From Epithemia pelagica (taxonomy: Eukaryota; Protista; Bacillariophyta): DNA of 64,000 bases. Shown in pieces: positions 21,896-34,900 of this stretch. The stretch lies in the NCBI GenBank assembly GCA_946965045.2, contig OX337233.1, positions 3,348,001 through 3,412,000 on the forward strand, given 5' to 3'. The first letter of the stretch is position 1; every line of letters begins with the position of its first letter. The notes under the pieces are model-generated. The model saw only the letters and a list, made by a program, of their open reading frames with translations. It was not told the origin of the DNA and searched no databases. Made by a program: the position numbers and the translations under genes.

Positions 21896-22138
21896 TGTTG
21901 AAACTCAAACAAGCCGTGCCGTAAAAGCAACTCTTTATAGGCTTATCGGACTACGTAATCTCCTTAGAATGAACACTTGCTTGTTCATCTTGCCTAATGT
22001 TGCTTTTGCCACGTCGACGGACTAAAGTCCATGCTTCGGCATCTTCATCATTCAAGTTTGGATCCTTAGCTTCCGAATCACTCTCTGTAGTCGCGGCTTG
22101 CTCGCTGCTACTCGTCGCCTGGTCACATATCGTCAACA
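21896..22138 (-). repeat. Copia 5' LTR (243 bp)
   Basis: Direct repeat of 15906-16148. Confidence 0.95.
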
Positions 22139-22507
22139 TTGCTACGGAGTATATGATTTGATATCGGCAATCGGAAGCCTAGTTTGAGAAGTCAGACGGG
22201 ACCCGAGTCCCGTACAAAAGTCGTTCAGTCGTGGTACACGTTTCTAATCACGACTTTGACGCGACTTCTTTCAATTTCTGTCGTATCTTCCGCTCCGTTT
22301 TGTGAGAATGCCATGGCTCGTGTACCAGCTTGGGGTGTTTGGTACCGGGTATGGGCCGAAATGGCAGTCGAGTAGCATTGCAAGCTGGGTGGACGGGGGA
22401 AGCGGAAGCTTGGTCCCATGGTCGTGGTTAAGCGGCTCATTCGGGTGGTGGGTGGTGGTGATGTGATTGTTTGTGTGCACTTGGTGGGACTGTGGACCTG
22501 CATGCAC

Positions 22508-22627
22508 AAGACCAATTTGTGAGAGAGTCCAACTCAACAAAAGTGAAAAAACGATACAGAGCGTTACAATAGACTGTTCATCGGTTTTTCGGTTTTGTTG
22601 AGTGATGCGCTCTCACAAATTGGTCTT
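22508..22627. repeat. 120-bp foldback, unit 2
   Basis: Copy of 6482-6601. Confidence 0.8.
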
Positions 22628-22628
22628 T

Positions 22629-25555
22629 CTGCGAGTCCCACGCTCTGACTTTGCTTCATGTTGCAGCTCCGGGTTTATTGTCTCTATGAGAGAAGCGACA
22701 ATGACAATAGGTCTACATACTTTCATACTTTTTCACCCATGAACCTGTATTTTATAGTCGTCTACATGGCTATCCTCGTTTCCGTTCCTTTGGACTCTGT
22801 CTTGGACTCTGTCTCGGTTGTGCCTCTCTCATCGAGGGAGTATGCACAAGTTTGTTGGTCATCGTGTACGCCATATCTTCGGATGGGACCTTTCCTTCGG
22901 TTCCAACTCTGTGACGCTTGAAACCCGTCGTCGTTAATACCCCAGGCAAAGCAAAAGAGACACAGGATCCTGTCACAAGACCATTCCATCTCGCCGCGCC
23001 ACCCAACCTGAATCTTCACATGGAATGTTTTGGATCATCTGCCAGATGTTGGGTGTGCCTACTTGTGGCGATTTAACGACTACCGTTACACGACAAAGTG
23101 CTTGAGACGGGCATACGGTCAGACGGTCGTCAGAATGAATTTGCCCGAAAGAGACATCTATCGACCCGTGTGGCTTGCCATTTGCCATTGTACAAGTATT
23201 GTATGATATCTAACGTGGACCCATTCTCTTCTCTTGTCCACAATGACGAGAATTAAGAGGAAGTACACGTCGACAATCCCAACGTTGGGCGAGGGAATTC
23301 CCCGGCTGAAGAGACTCGTCTCGGAGACGGGCCCTTCCATCCCTACGGACGAGGAACATGAGAAAGTTGCGTTTCGCGTGCGCGACTTTGGGCTGTTAGG
23401 GCAGGAGACGTTCAGCGAAATCAAGGACTTTCGCACGAAGCTGGAGGTGATAGACGGGCGAATTACGTACGTCACAGAGAACGACATTGCTTTAACCGTT
23501 CGGAGCTTCGTTGCATCGATCGTCGATGCGCTTGGTCTAAGCGGCGATATCAAGGTCTACACCGAGATTGGCGTGTTTAAGCTTCGTCCAGACTTGTGGG
23601 TCGTGACTCTTCATGCAATGCCTATCGGTGTCATTGAAGTAAAAAAACCAGACATTTTGGGAAACGAAACTGCTCTGGACCACCCAAACGTACTCGGAGA
23701 ACTATACGACTTCATGAAGCACCTGCCCAACTTTTATGGCGTATCCCCTGCATTTGGAATTGTAACGAATCTCAACGCGTGGCGTATCGCCTGGTTCCCA
23801 GACGCCGAAACGGACCGTTTTGCTGCGGAGGAAGAGGAGGTAGAAGAAGACCATGTCGATGCGCTTATCTCGCAAGTTCCTAGTGATAGCGTACTGTCTA
23901 TCGCCTCGCACCAAATCGATAATGATGGCAAGGATGACGATGTTGACGGCGATGATGTGAAGTGCACGGGTGACGAAAAACCCACCGATCGGGTATTGCA
24001 TGTCTCAAGAATCTTTCACAAGAATGAAAACGATAGCGTCGCCGTCAAAGCTATTGCGGCTGCTCTTCTGAAAATGTCGAAAGCCGAAAGGCGGCCGTAC
24101 GGCGATCCTTTTCAAGATCTTGACAAGCGCTCGTTACTGAAATTCGAGAAAGGAGACAACGCGTCTGTGTTTTGGACTCGTCTGACGCTTACCAATGGTC
24201 CCCAATGGGACAGAGTAGCTAACCCCAAGAGATGGCTCATCGCAATAGATGACCTTGGATATGGAGCCCACGGACGAGTTTGGTTGTGTTGCTCGAGCGG
24301 TGGCGCAGTCTGTGTGTTGAAGTTCGCACTCGATGGAAATGCGGCATCGCTAGATAAAGAAAAGGAAGTTTGGCAGAAAGTGTACCCTGCACAAATCAAA
24401 GTTCATCGGGAGAACTGGTGTGGTGAGCCCGCCCTTCGAATGCCACACTTTGCGAAAGTTGCGGAAGCCGACCGAAACGACTTTGTCCCACAGGTAAAGG
24501 CAACCTTAATGGCTAACTTTCACAACAGAGGCATTGTTCATAAAGATGTGTCTTGGAGAAACATTGGGCAGTACGTAACAATCGCTGGCACCCCGAAGGC
24601 CATAGTCTTCGACATGGGGAGTGTGAGAGATCTGCAAGACGGTGAGGGAGAAGAATGGGTAACGGAGGCCTGCGACAAATTGATAGAGTAACACGGACTT
24701 TGATTTCGGTACGATTCGGTTCAATATCCCAGTCACGTTCCCATTTCAGAGCAGTCACAAAACTTGATTGAGAGTATGTTGCATTCGGATCCCAAACAGC
24801 GACCGTCGTTGGAGTAAGTTGCCAATCATCCATTCTTGTTTCATCGTTGCATCCCACAGTCGGCGCCATTGATGGCGTTACAAGCACCACCGACCTGGAC
24901 GTTTGACGATCGTAAGTTTCTTTAATAGCATGATCGGGTTGCTTCAGTTCCTCTCATCTCACCCGCTCTCCTTCTAGATGTTCGCCGATATTGTCGGATT
25001 CACTGCATGGAGTTCAGCCCGAGAGCCCAAACAAGTTTTTCTTTTATCGGAGACAATCTATCAAGAGTTTGACCCCATGTGAGTACAACATGTATGCATA
25101 GGCCCTCACCTTCATGATATTTCAACAGCTCACACAGTTGGTGGATTTTGATCCAAAATATCCGGTTTCCTTCCATGTCAAGATTCAGGTTGGGTGTCGC
25201 GGCGAGATGGAATGGTCTTGAGACAGGAGTCTGTGTCTCTTTTGCTTTGCCTAGGGTACTACCTAGTTACGACGGGGTTCAAGCGTCACGGTTTTGGAAC
25301 CGAAGGGAAGGTCCCATCCGGAGATATGGCGTACACGATGACCAACAAACTTGTGCATGCTCCCTCGATGAGAGAGGCACAACCGAGACAGAGTCCAAAG
25401 GAACGGAAACGAGGATAGCCATGTTGTAGACGACTATAAAATACAGGTGCATGGATCAAAAAGTATCTAGTAGACCTATTGTCATTGTCGCTTCTCTCAT
25501 AGACACCAAAAACCCTGAGCTGCAATATGAAGCAATGCCAGAGTTGGAACTCCAG
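22629..25555. repeat. Inverted-repeat-bounded nuclease-kinase cassette, unit 2 (arms ~22629-23037 and ~25149-25555)
   Basis: Copy of 6603-9529 at offset 16026. Confidence 0.88.
23243..24691 (+). CDS. REase-like + kinase protein, unit 2
   Basis: Intact copy of 7217-8665 with 2 amino-acid changes. Confidence 0.8.
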   Translation: MTRIKRKYTSTIPTLGEGIPRLKRLVSETGPSIPTDEEHEKVAFRVRDFGLLGQETFSEIKDFRTKLEVIDGRITYVTENDIALTVRSFVASIVDALGLSGDIKVYTEIGVFKLRPDLWVVTLHAMPIGVIEVKKPDILGNETALDHPNVLGELYDFMKHLPNFYGVSPAFGIVTNLNAWRIAWFPDAETDRFAAEEEEVEEDHVDALISQVPSDSVLSIASHQIDNDGKDDDVDGDDVKCTGDEKPTDRVLHVSRIFHKNENDSVAVKAIAAALLKMSKAERRPYGDPFQDLDKRSLLKFEKGDNASVFWTRLTLTNGPQWDRVANPKRWLIAIDDLGYGAHGRVWLCCSSGGAVCVLKFALDGNAASLDKEKEVWQKVYPAQIKVHRENWCGEPALRMPHFAKVAEADRNDFVPQVKATLMANFHNRGIVHKDVSWRNIGQYVTIAGTPKAIVFDMGSVRDLQDGEGEEWVTEACDKLIE

Positions 25556-26225
25556 GCAGCGTTGGATTTTGAAATAGAAATAGAAATGAGAAGGTCTATG
25601 CAACGGATCTAAAAGCTATACTATGTAATATCGATTGCCACATAACTGGAAAAGGGGCCCCCTCTTTTTCTCTTCGTCTCTCCCCGAGACAGACTCCCAC
25701 ATTTTTGTCAAACACTCCACAAAAAAAAAAAAGCGACGCGTCTAGATGTCTATCATATGTAATAGACGATGGACTTGAAGTTTCACATGCTTGCCTCTCT
25801 AGACCACCCTTAATAGTCCCATCCATCCTTCTATTATCCATCCTTCTATTATTCGAAAAAGGTTGTTGATTGAACATCCATCGTGGCCAAAGTGCACCAG
25901 CATTAAGAAATTGGAGTTTGTGTTTTGACGAATCAATCACGCATATCTCGTTTGTGTTTGCTACGTTTGAGAGAGTGAAGAAAAGCCAAACACACCCGAA
26001 CGAGAAATCACTGCTTGCCATCACGACAGTCACATCTATTTACAAAACCAAGTATAAAGACCTTAGACTCTACCTCTGCGATTGACACACCCACTCTCCC
26101 CCAGACTTGTGAACTTTCTCCTCTCTCCATTGATTTTCATTGAACGAAACCATTACAGAATGAAGGCTTTGGGTGTGACTCCAAAACCAGTTGGAAAGGA
26201 CGACACACTCTAATTGTCGTCCGCC

Positions 26226-27626
26226 ATGGACTCGCAATTGGATTTGACGGCCTCTTCGTCATCCGAACTCTTTGTTGCTTCTCGATCGGAATTTCAACAA
26301 GTGGTGCAAAAGTACAAGGCCATTTTGGATATACCTCGCAACGAAACCGATGGTACCTTGAATGAAACCGAAGCCTTGGCACGCATTGAAGACCTGTTCG
26401 ATCCTGACTTTGTCCGTCATAGCGAAGGTGATACGGACGCCAATTTGTGTGATTTCAAGTCCGAATTGTTGCAATTGGGTCGTTATCCGTCTTTGCATTT
26501 CAAATTGTTTCGATACAAACAAGTGGCGGCCGGCATTATGGATTATTATTTGCGCTTTTCGACGTAAGACAAGCAATTTGTCATCAAGGGTCTGGCCTAC
26601 TTTCGCAAGGCTCGAATTTACAAGACCGAAGTCACACGGACGGCCTACGATAAAGTGTCGGGACAAAAATCGGCCACCCAAGAAACGCCCCTGACCCGAG
26701 ACCGGACCGAACGACAATTTGGCTGTCGCATTTATGAATTGCCGTCCATGGTTCATGGACAATTGTTGGGGGTCGGTGGTAACATGTTGCCCGTCGAAGA
26801 AAAGTATGAACTCTTGCGCATCTTTTTGGTCTACGATAACAAACAACATCCAACTGACAATGACAGTGGTGTTCGCAATAGCAGTGGTGGTGGTGGTGGT
26901 TGGAACAAAATGTTGAATTTCTGGCGAGACCAGTATTCGTTGCGACTGGTGGACAGTAAAGATCAACCTTACGTCAAGGGTGCCAGTATTACCTTTTCGC
27001 GACGTGCCTGTGGATCTCGACGCATGATTTTGTGGAACGAGCGTAAGGAACCTCTGGCCTTGGCCTATCGACACAAGAAGCACGGATTTTGGAGTATTTG
27101 TGGAACACGGCCCTTGATTCCCGGTCCTCATCACTATTCGGAACCCAAATTAGAAGATGTGGGAGAGTCCAATGTCGTGGCCTTTTATCCCTGGTTTCGC
27201 ATCAAGTTGGTCCACACGTCGGCAGGACGGTTGTACTTTGGCGAAGTTCTTACGTTTGATGTGGAGGGGACCGAACGAGACGAGTCGTCGTCTGCGGAAA
27301 CAATGACAGCGACACCCGCGGAGGAGCATGCCAGTCCTACCACCCAAGTGACTCCCAGCGCCACGACTGCCCGGGTGGACTTTGAACCGATTTACAAAGT
27401 GACGGAAACCCGTGACAGTCAGGAACGGATTGTGACCATTTGTGATTATTACAAGTCCAAGGATCATTTGGGTATTGTCAAATCCAGTTACAATCCACAT
27501 CGTCGACTCACACAACTTATTCACAAAGAAAAAGAAGCGAGGCGCGTTCAAGTCGATGTCGCTCCGGGAGTGGATCCGGCCTTGATTCTGTGTATTGCCT
27601 CGTGTTTGGAAATGATGGAACTCTAG
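26226..27626 (+). pseudogene. LURP-one-like gene, unit 2, nonsense allele
   Basis: CAA to TAA at 26565-26567. Confidence 0.8.
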
Positions 27627-28262
27627 TACTCTCCTCTGAGTACAGTGGACCAAAAATCAAACGTACGCCGCCACAGGCTACAAGGTTGCTTTGTCTCCTC
27701 TCCCAGTTCTAAACCCCATTCAATCATGAAGCTGCTTCGAACACAGTAGCAAATTGAGCAATTCACACGACCAACATGCTCTTTTGCATGTCTGTGATAC
27801 ACTTAAAATGAAATGGCCTCACACATTTCGAGATCTGTTGGACACCTTGGGATCTGTTGGAGAGGAAGAAATCCTAACTGAAGCAGTATACCCTCTAGAC
27901 AAGCGTGGATATCGCCCTTTGCACAGTATACACGGATAATGTTAGTAGTCGCCTCAGAGGGGATCATTCCCCCTGACCGGAAACTTTGTCACCGAGATTA
28001 CTCTTCCTCCAAGGCCTCTATCTCTTCCTTTCGTATAGTGTAGACAATCGTAGAGAATGAGAGACACATCGTTTGGTCGGCCGGCTCCCAAACCAAAAAT
28101 ACCTACGGTAGAATAAGGAAGAAAAAACGAGATAGATGACTTTATCTTATGCCATGAGCAGTGTTCTATTCGTAGTGGGGCCTTCTCGAGAGCAATCATA
28201 CGAGCAAAACATGCACTGTTCTTGTCCACAAGACACCCAACGTAATGAAACTTCCACATACA

Positions 28263-29462
28263 CTATTCATATTGTTTTGGCCGAGTAGGGGCCTTGCCGA
28301 GAGTCAACATACGAGCAAAACATACACTGTTCTTGTCCACAAGAGGAAGCGTTTCAACCACATTTTCCTCTTCAAAGCATGCAAAAGTTGCAATGCCATT
28401 CGAAATGGCAATCACGCTACACATGAACCGTCCAACCCTTAGTTCTGGGAGCTGCCATACCAGGTTCCGTTGCGTGTCCAAAACTTCCACAGAACGCATG
28501 TACTCGTCTTCATCTCCTTCTCCACCAACCACAACGAGACAAGATCCGACTCGGACCATACCATGACCATGTCGAGCATTGCCAAGAACCAGATCCTTGT
28601 GCATCTTCCAGAACTGGTTTGTGAACGGGAGTGCTGATGTTGCATTTTGGGGTCCTTTGTTTTTGCTCCAGTCATTAAATTCGAGGTACTCCACAGAGTC
28701 CATGTAGTCGAGCTCTTCTCCACCCATTCCGCCTCCCACATAGACACGTTGACCAACCACACCCATTCCAAAGTCCCTTCGAGCCACATTCAATGGTGGC
28801 CCGGATATAATGACGCATTGACTTTCGGAGCAGGTGTCGAGAATATCGACAGATGCGAGAGCCTTTTCAACAGCACTTCCACCCGCCACAACAATGAATC
28901 TGTCCTGTACAACGGCTGCGGCGTGTCCCCATTTTCTGCTGGACAAGCGACACTCTAAAGTCTTCCAGCATTTGATCGTGCCATTTTTGTTGGACCGTTG
29001 CAAATCATTGATGTCAATCTTTTCAATCGTATCCAAAGCTTGGTGGCCATTTCAAGTGTCTGCGGTTTGTTGTCCACCAATGGCGTACAAAGATCCATTG
29101 CACACCACAGCTGCAGCGTAATGTCTATTTTCGTTCATGGACGGAGCTTCTCGCCAGGCCATTGGAGTCGTTTCATCATCATCATCATGGTCCAGTAGAT
29201 TCACCCAAAGAACCCCATAGGTGAAAGTCAATTCATTCCGCCAACAACCTCCCATTACAACCAAGATCCGTCCTTGATTCTTATTGTCGGGGCGATGGAT
29301 CACAACCGATGCATGTCCGTCGCCCAAATCGATTGGCAAGAGAGGCCATGGAGCTGTCCGCCAGGGTGTTGCGTCGTCTTGTTCTTCTTCTCCTGGATTA
29401 TTGCTGTGGAGGTTTGTAAAAACCAGTCCAGACATCTGCGCTTCTTGTTGGACGTTGTTCAT
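28263..29462 (-). pseudogene. Kelch protein 1 with in-frame TGA, unit 2
   Basis: Same stop at 29052-29054. Confidence 0.8.
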
Positions 29463-29779
29463 GGTGTTGTTCCGCTTCTCGCGTTCTTCGTTCTCGGTTG
29501 CTTCTATGGCAACATGCCTGAGTGGTTTTATAAATTTTGTGATAAAAAAGATACCCTCCCATACAACAAAGATTCGGAAAGATATGGACTCTATGTTAGC
29601 TGAGATCCAATCTGACTATGGAGGTTAACACACCCACACCATAGTCGGAGCATGTATCCACAAGAATTATAGTACTCCTATTCATTATTCATCTTATTAC
29701 AGAGAGACTGTGTTCAACTTATTACAGAGAGACTGTGTGGTCGACGGGCAAGGAACGGAGTGGAAATCTCTCTCCTCGA

Positions 29780-30846
29780 CTAGACTGTCTGCCCACCCAT
29801 CATCAGTGGGGCCTTCTCAAGAGCCATCATACGAGCAAAACATGCACTGTTCTTGTCCACAAGAGGAAGGGTTTCAATCGCATCTCCTGATCTCCAGCAT
29901 GAGATTGCTGCAATGCCCTTCGAAATGGCAACCGCGCTATGGTGTCGCGGTCCAATTCCCTGCTCTGGGAGCTGCCATACCAGGTTCCGTTGTGTGTCCA
30001 AAACCTCCACAGAACGCATGTCTTCAGCACCTTCTCCTCCAACCACAATGAGACAAGATCCCACTCGGACCACACCATGGCTATGTCGACTGGTGCCAAG
30101 AACAAGATCCTTGTGAAACTTCCAGGATTTGTTGGTGAACGGAGATGTTGCGGTTGCATTTTGGGTTCCTTTGTTTTTGCTCCAGTCATCAAATTCCAGG
30201 TACTCCACAGAGTTCATGTACTCGAGCTCTTCGCCACCCATTCCGCCTACCACAAAGACACGTTGACCAACCACACCCATTCCAAAGTTTCGTCGAGCGG
30301 CATTTAAGGATGGTCTGGATTTAATGACGCATTGACTTTCGGAGGACTGTGTGTCTAGAATATCGACCGATGCCAGAGACGTCATGCCAGGATTTCCACC
30401 CACCACAGATGCCAGAGACGTGCCAGGATTTCCACCCGCCACAACAATGAATCGGTCTTGTACCGCGACTGCGGCACACCCACCTCTTCCACTGGACAAA
30501 CGACACTCTAAAGTCATCCATTGTTTCGTTTCATTGTCCATGCAAGATGGACAAAGTAAATCGTCAATGTCAATCCTTTCAATCGTATCATAACCAGCAC
30601 CGATATATTCAGAATATTGTCCACCAATGGCGTACAGAGCGCCATGACATACCACGGCTGCAAAGAACCGTCGGTCTTCGTTCATGGGTGGAGCTTCTTG
30701 CCAGTCCATTGTATCCTGGTCGACATTCAACCAAAAAACCGCATTGGAGGAAAGAAATTCATCCTCCCACGGACACAACATGTGGGTAGAAGGATTCGGA
30801 TAAGAATAGCCTCCCAATACGACCAAGATCAGTCCTTGATTCTTGT
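29780..30846 (-). CDS. Kelch protein 2, 5'-truncated, unit 2
   Basis: Copy of 13755-14821, frame open. Confidence 0.75.
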
Positions 30847-31259
30847 CAGTTCATTGGCAAACACTTCAAACTGTTTGATGCAGTCGTTCATTGTGAGGTG
30901 TGTGATGCGCCACAGTTGCTCAAGATGTACAGTTGTCCTCTTCTTACCTGGTGCTCAAATTCATTCGTCTCATCTTGGCGGACGTAATACCACGTTCCTG
31001 CAGCAGTGGCAAGGGCAAGAAGGGCCAGGACCACATATACACCAACTTTGGACCGGACGACAGCTTTGGTCTCCTCCTTGGCAATCTGGAGATTTGAAGA
31101 CTCGGAAGTTTGTGTGCCGTGGCCATTCGATGATGAACCCTCGTCCATCGGGCCATCGTCTCGATGCACCGCTCCCTCCGAAGATTCCGAGCTGTCCTCT
31201 GTTGTTACTCGACCAAGTTCGATCAAAGTAGGATCCTCATGGCTTTCATGACGGTTCAT
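30847..31259 (-). pseudogene. Duplicated cyclase exon 1 + start of exon 2, unit 3
   Basis: Copy of 5033-5445 with ATG and splice sites intact. Confidence 0.9.
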
Positions 31260-31996
31260 GATGACAAGAAAACTGAAAGCAATGTGTAGTTTGCAAGGAT
31301 GAACTTTGCTTTATGAGTTTTGTGGCATGAGTTTTTTTCTCTCGACCACTTTTTCTCGTCGTTGGGTCTCTACCCTACACATTATCTTTTCATCGGGGTG
31401 TCAATGGGCATTATCCCTATCAACAACCATCTGCAATGTTCTGAGGATCTGTTCTTTGTGCATGAGCTGGTACGGATGTGATATATACAATACCTTGACC
31501 TTACCATTGGTGCAGTCCAAAGTCGGAAGGATGCCCTGCCATATTCTCAGGAGCGGATGTAGCGAAGGCGTGTTCTCATAAGCTACGGTGATAAGTGGTG
31601 TTTGACGGTTTCAGAAAGAATGTCGATTCTCTGCAACCAACCACCAAGGGCGATCTAATCGTGTCTTGGTAGGGGGAGAAAGAAACATTTTGACAATATG
31701 ATCTGAACTGATCTGAACTCACGGAGATCGATTCTTGAGAATCACTGATGGGATTATGGCCACGGTCCTCTTTCTCTGATTTCCAAGAAGGCATGACGAA
31801 AGCGGGCATAACAGGGCGATAGAGTACCGTCGCAGCAATCGACTTGGTTCCTACGTCGAATGGCCTGCCATTCGAGGCATAACTCGCGACAGCATCACAA
31901 AAGACTAGTGAGCCCAGGATATGCGAACACTTTGGTTTGCTTGTTGAAACTCAAACAAGCCGTGCCGTAAAAGCAACTCTTTATAGGCTTATCGGA

Positions 31997-34900
31997 CTAC
32001 GTAATCTCCTTAGAATGAACACTTGCTTGTTCATCTTGCCTAATGTTGCTTTTGCCACGTCGACGGACTAAAGTCCATGCTTCGGCATCTTCATCATTCA
32101 AGTTTGGATCCTTAGCTTCCGAATCACTCTCTGTAGTCGCGGCTTGCTCGCTGCTACTCGTCGCCTGGTCACATATCCTCAACACACTCCTTTGGGCCGA
32201 GGAGTGATATTTACTACTCGGGACCACATTCATGATGATATCCCGCAGGCGATAAAAAGCTTGACCCTGCAACGGTTTGGTAAAGAAATCAGCGATCATC
32301 TCATCCGTCGGACAGAAACGCACACTCACGTCCTTTCGGCGAATACAATCTGTGATATAGAAATATCGTAGATTGATGTGTTTGGTTCTTTTCGAGCTCA
32401 ACAATCGACCGTTTCGTTCCAGTAGGATACTGCTCTGATTGTCCTGGTGCAGGACAACGTTCTTTACCTCATGTCCTTGGGCTCTCAGAAAGTTCTGGCT
32501 CCATAACATTGACGGTAACACGTCGTGCACGCCTATCAACTCACATTCAGTCGAACTTCGCGCCACAAGTTTTTGTTTTGAAGAGGCCGTCATCACGGCA
32601 CCCTTGCCCATAGTCATTACTCCGCCAGTCTGTCCTTTCATGTCTGGGTGAGTAGCGAACGAGGCATCCACCCACCAACAGAGTGTTCCAGATCCATCAC
32701 CCTCTAGTCGTAGGATCAGATCCTTGGTTGACTGTAGGTACTTGAGAACCCGACCGAGTTTTCTCTGATCGTCAACGTCTGGATTCATAACGCGAGTGCT
32801 CAAAAAGGCCACAGCAGTGCGTATATCTGGGCGTCCTCTTTGCGCCATATACGCTAACTGCATTGTTACACTGTGGAATCGATCCGCCTCCTCCTCATTG
32901 AGTTTTCGGGAGTTAGGGTCCGTATGATATAAATGCTTAGCAGCGGGTGACCGTGCTTTACCGATCCATTCTTTTGGTAGCGAGATCAAAATGGTGTCGA
33001 GGTAGGATCTCATGTCCACCTGCACAACCCCATCCTCTCCATAGTCTAAGAACATACCCAAATAGTCGTGCCTTGTCCCTTCAGACACGGAGATTTCTCC
33101 CAACTGTCCGAACTCTGCTTTGAGGTCCTCAATAAATTTGGTCACAACGGTACCGTCCACATGCGATATTTTCAGATCGTCAATGTGCCAAGTTACCGTG
33201 CATTGTTTGTTATTGATTGTTTTGTTGGCAACACATGAATCATAGGGGTTGATTTGAAATCCCCAACTTTTGAGCACCACGGTCAATTTTTCCCAGAAGA
33301 GACGAGCTGCACGCAACGTTCCGTAAAGAGCCTTCAACATTTCCACATATATAACTGGCTCGCCCTTCTCATATGTTAGATAAGGGGCATATGCTTCATA
33401 ATCGACTTCTAGGAGTAGCTCAGCCATTAGTCCAGTAAGCCGCATATATACGCCAGGATCCATATCCGAGTGCATAAATGCACCTGGAATATCTGCCACA
33501 GCAACCACACGCCGTTCCAGGGCATCGATGACGGCAGTGATGAATACAGAATCGGTGGCCACGGTAGGAGAAGCTGAATCTTCCTTCTCTATGTACGCAC
33601 GTTGTTTGCGTCCGTCGGCACAGCCTCGTCCTTTTATCTTGCCACACCGTTTTCGTTTCAAAAACATTAGGTACCCTAGTGCTTGTTGCACCTCATTCCA
33701 GCTGAGGTCAGTCTTGTGTACTGCTCTCAATACTCCGCTATCATGCAATTGTTGGATTTCCACCTTCACGGCGGCCACTCCCTTGTTTCCAAACAGTTTG
33801 ATGCCCTTCTTCATGGGCATCTGCGGTGTGGCTTGATTCACCTCACTCGCTACAAGAAACAATACTCCATCTCGAAGGATTCCATCATAGCGCCCTCCTT
33901 TTAGAGCATCGATGCAGGCAAACGAGTGCCCGTATCGGTGCGCGTAGCTCCTTGCACGATTTGGCCGTAGATTGTACCTGTGTTGTTGTTGTTGTTGTTG
34001 TTGTTGTTGATGTACCGGATCAGACTCGCTGTTGTCTTCGGTAACTTCATTAGCGTCAATGTCTTGTCCCTCTTCCATATCCTCTCCACCGGCTAGCTCC
34101 CCCCCATTCTCCTCTACATCCTCCTCCACATCCATCACTGCCTCCTCCGGGACTGCACCAACATCATCTTCTGGGATAGGATCGATTGGCAGTTCTCCAT
34201 CTGCCTCCACTCCTTCAAGTTCCGGACCGTTCAGGTCGTCAAGTTCTCCGTCTAGTGGGTCACCCACTCCTTGAATTTCCATGTGTTGATCATCGGGACC
34301 AATCATCGGGTTGATTGCAGGTTCGCCGTTGCCCGGATCAACATAATCGGGATTGTGAACGGCATCCACTAGTTCATCTTCGATCATCGCATCATCATAA
34401 CGGAGCTCGATGTCCTCCTCTTCTTCATTGGTGTAGGATTCATCATCTTCTTCGTTGTAAAGGTCGTTGTCTTGATCCATCCACAAAATCCGATTATCTC
34501 TATTACCGAAAGCTAACCCTGGTTGCATATTTTGGGCTCTAGCCAATTGGTGCACACGTTGGATCACTTCTTGGGGCATCGGTAGGACTGTAGCGTGATT
34601 CCGAGTTATGACTCGTCCACTGACAAGACTCAAAAAATAATAACTACCTTGACGATTCCCAGTAGGCCTCAATGCTAGAGCACCTATGGTCCTGGGCGCC
34701 ATCGAGTTGTCATGTTCTTCATGACATTGGACGTACTGTCCAAATTCGAAGCGACAGTGCTTGTTGAAGTCCACCTGTTCTCCCGTGACGAGCAGTCGTG
34801 GGCTTTCTGATTGTGAAATCCCCAACCGATGAGGGAAACTATTCAGCCAGAAGGTAGCGAATTTCGCCATCTCAATGATCATGACCTTCGGGATTTCTTT

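Larger units (their letters stand above)
15906..22138 (-). mobile_element. Ty1/Copia LTR retrotransposon (CoDi-like), 6233 bp, unit 2
   Basis: TGTTGA...TCAACA termini; 5-bp TSD TTGCT (15901-15905 / 22139-22143); empty site GGTTTGCTACGG in units 1 and 5; PR-IN-RT-RH domain order. Confidence 0.97.
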
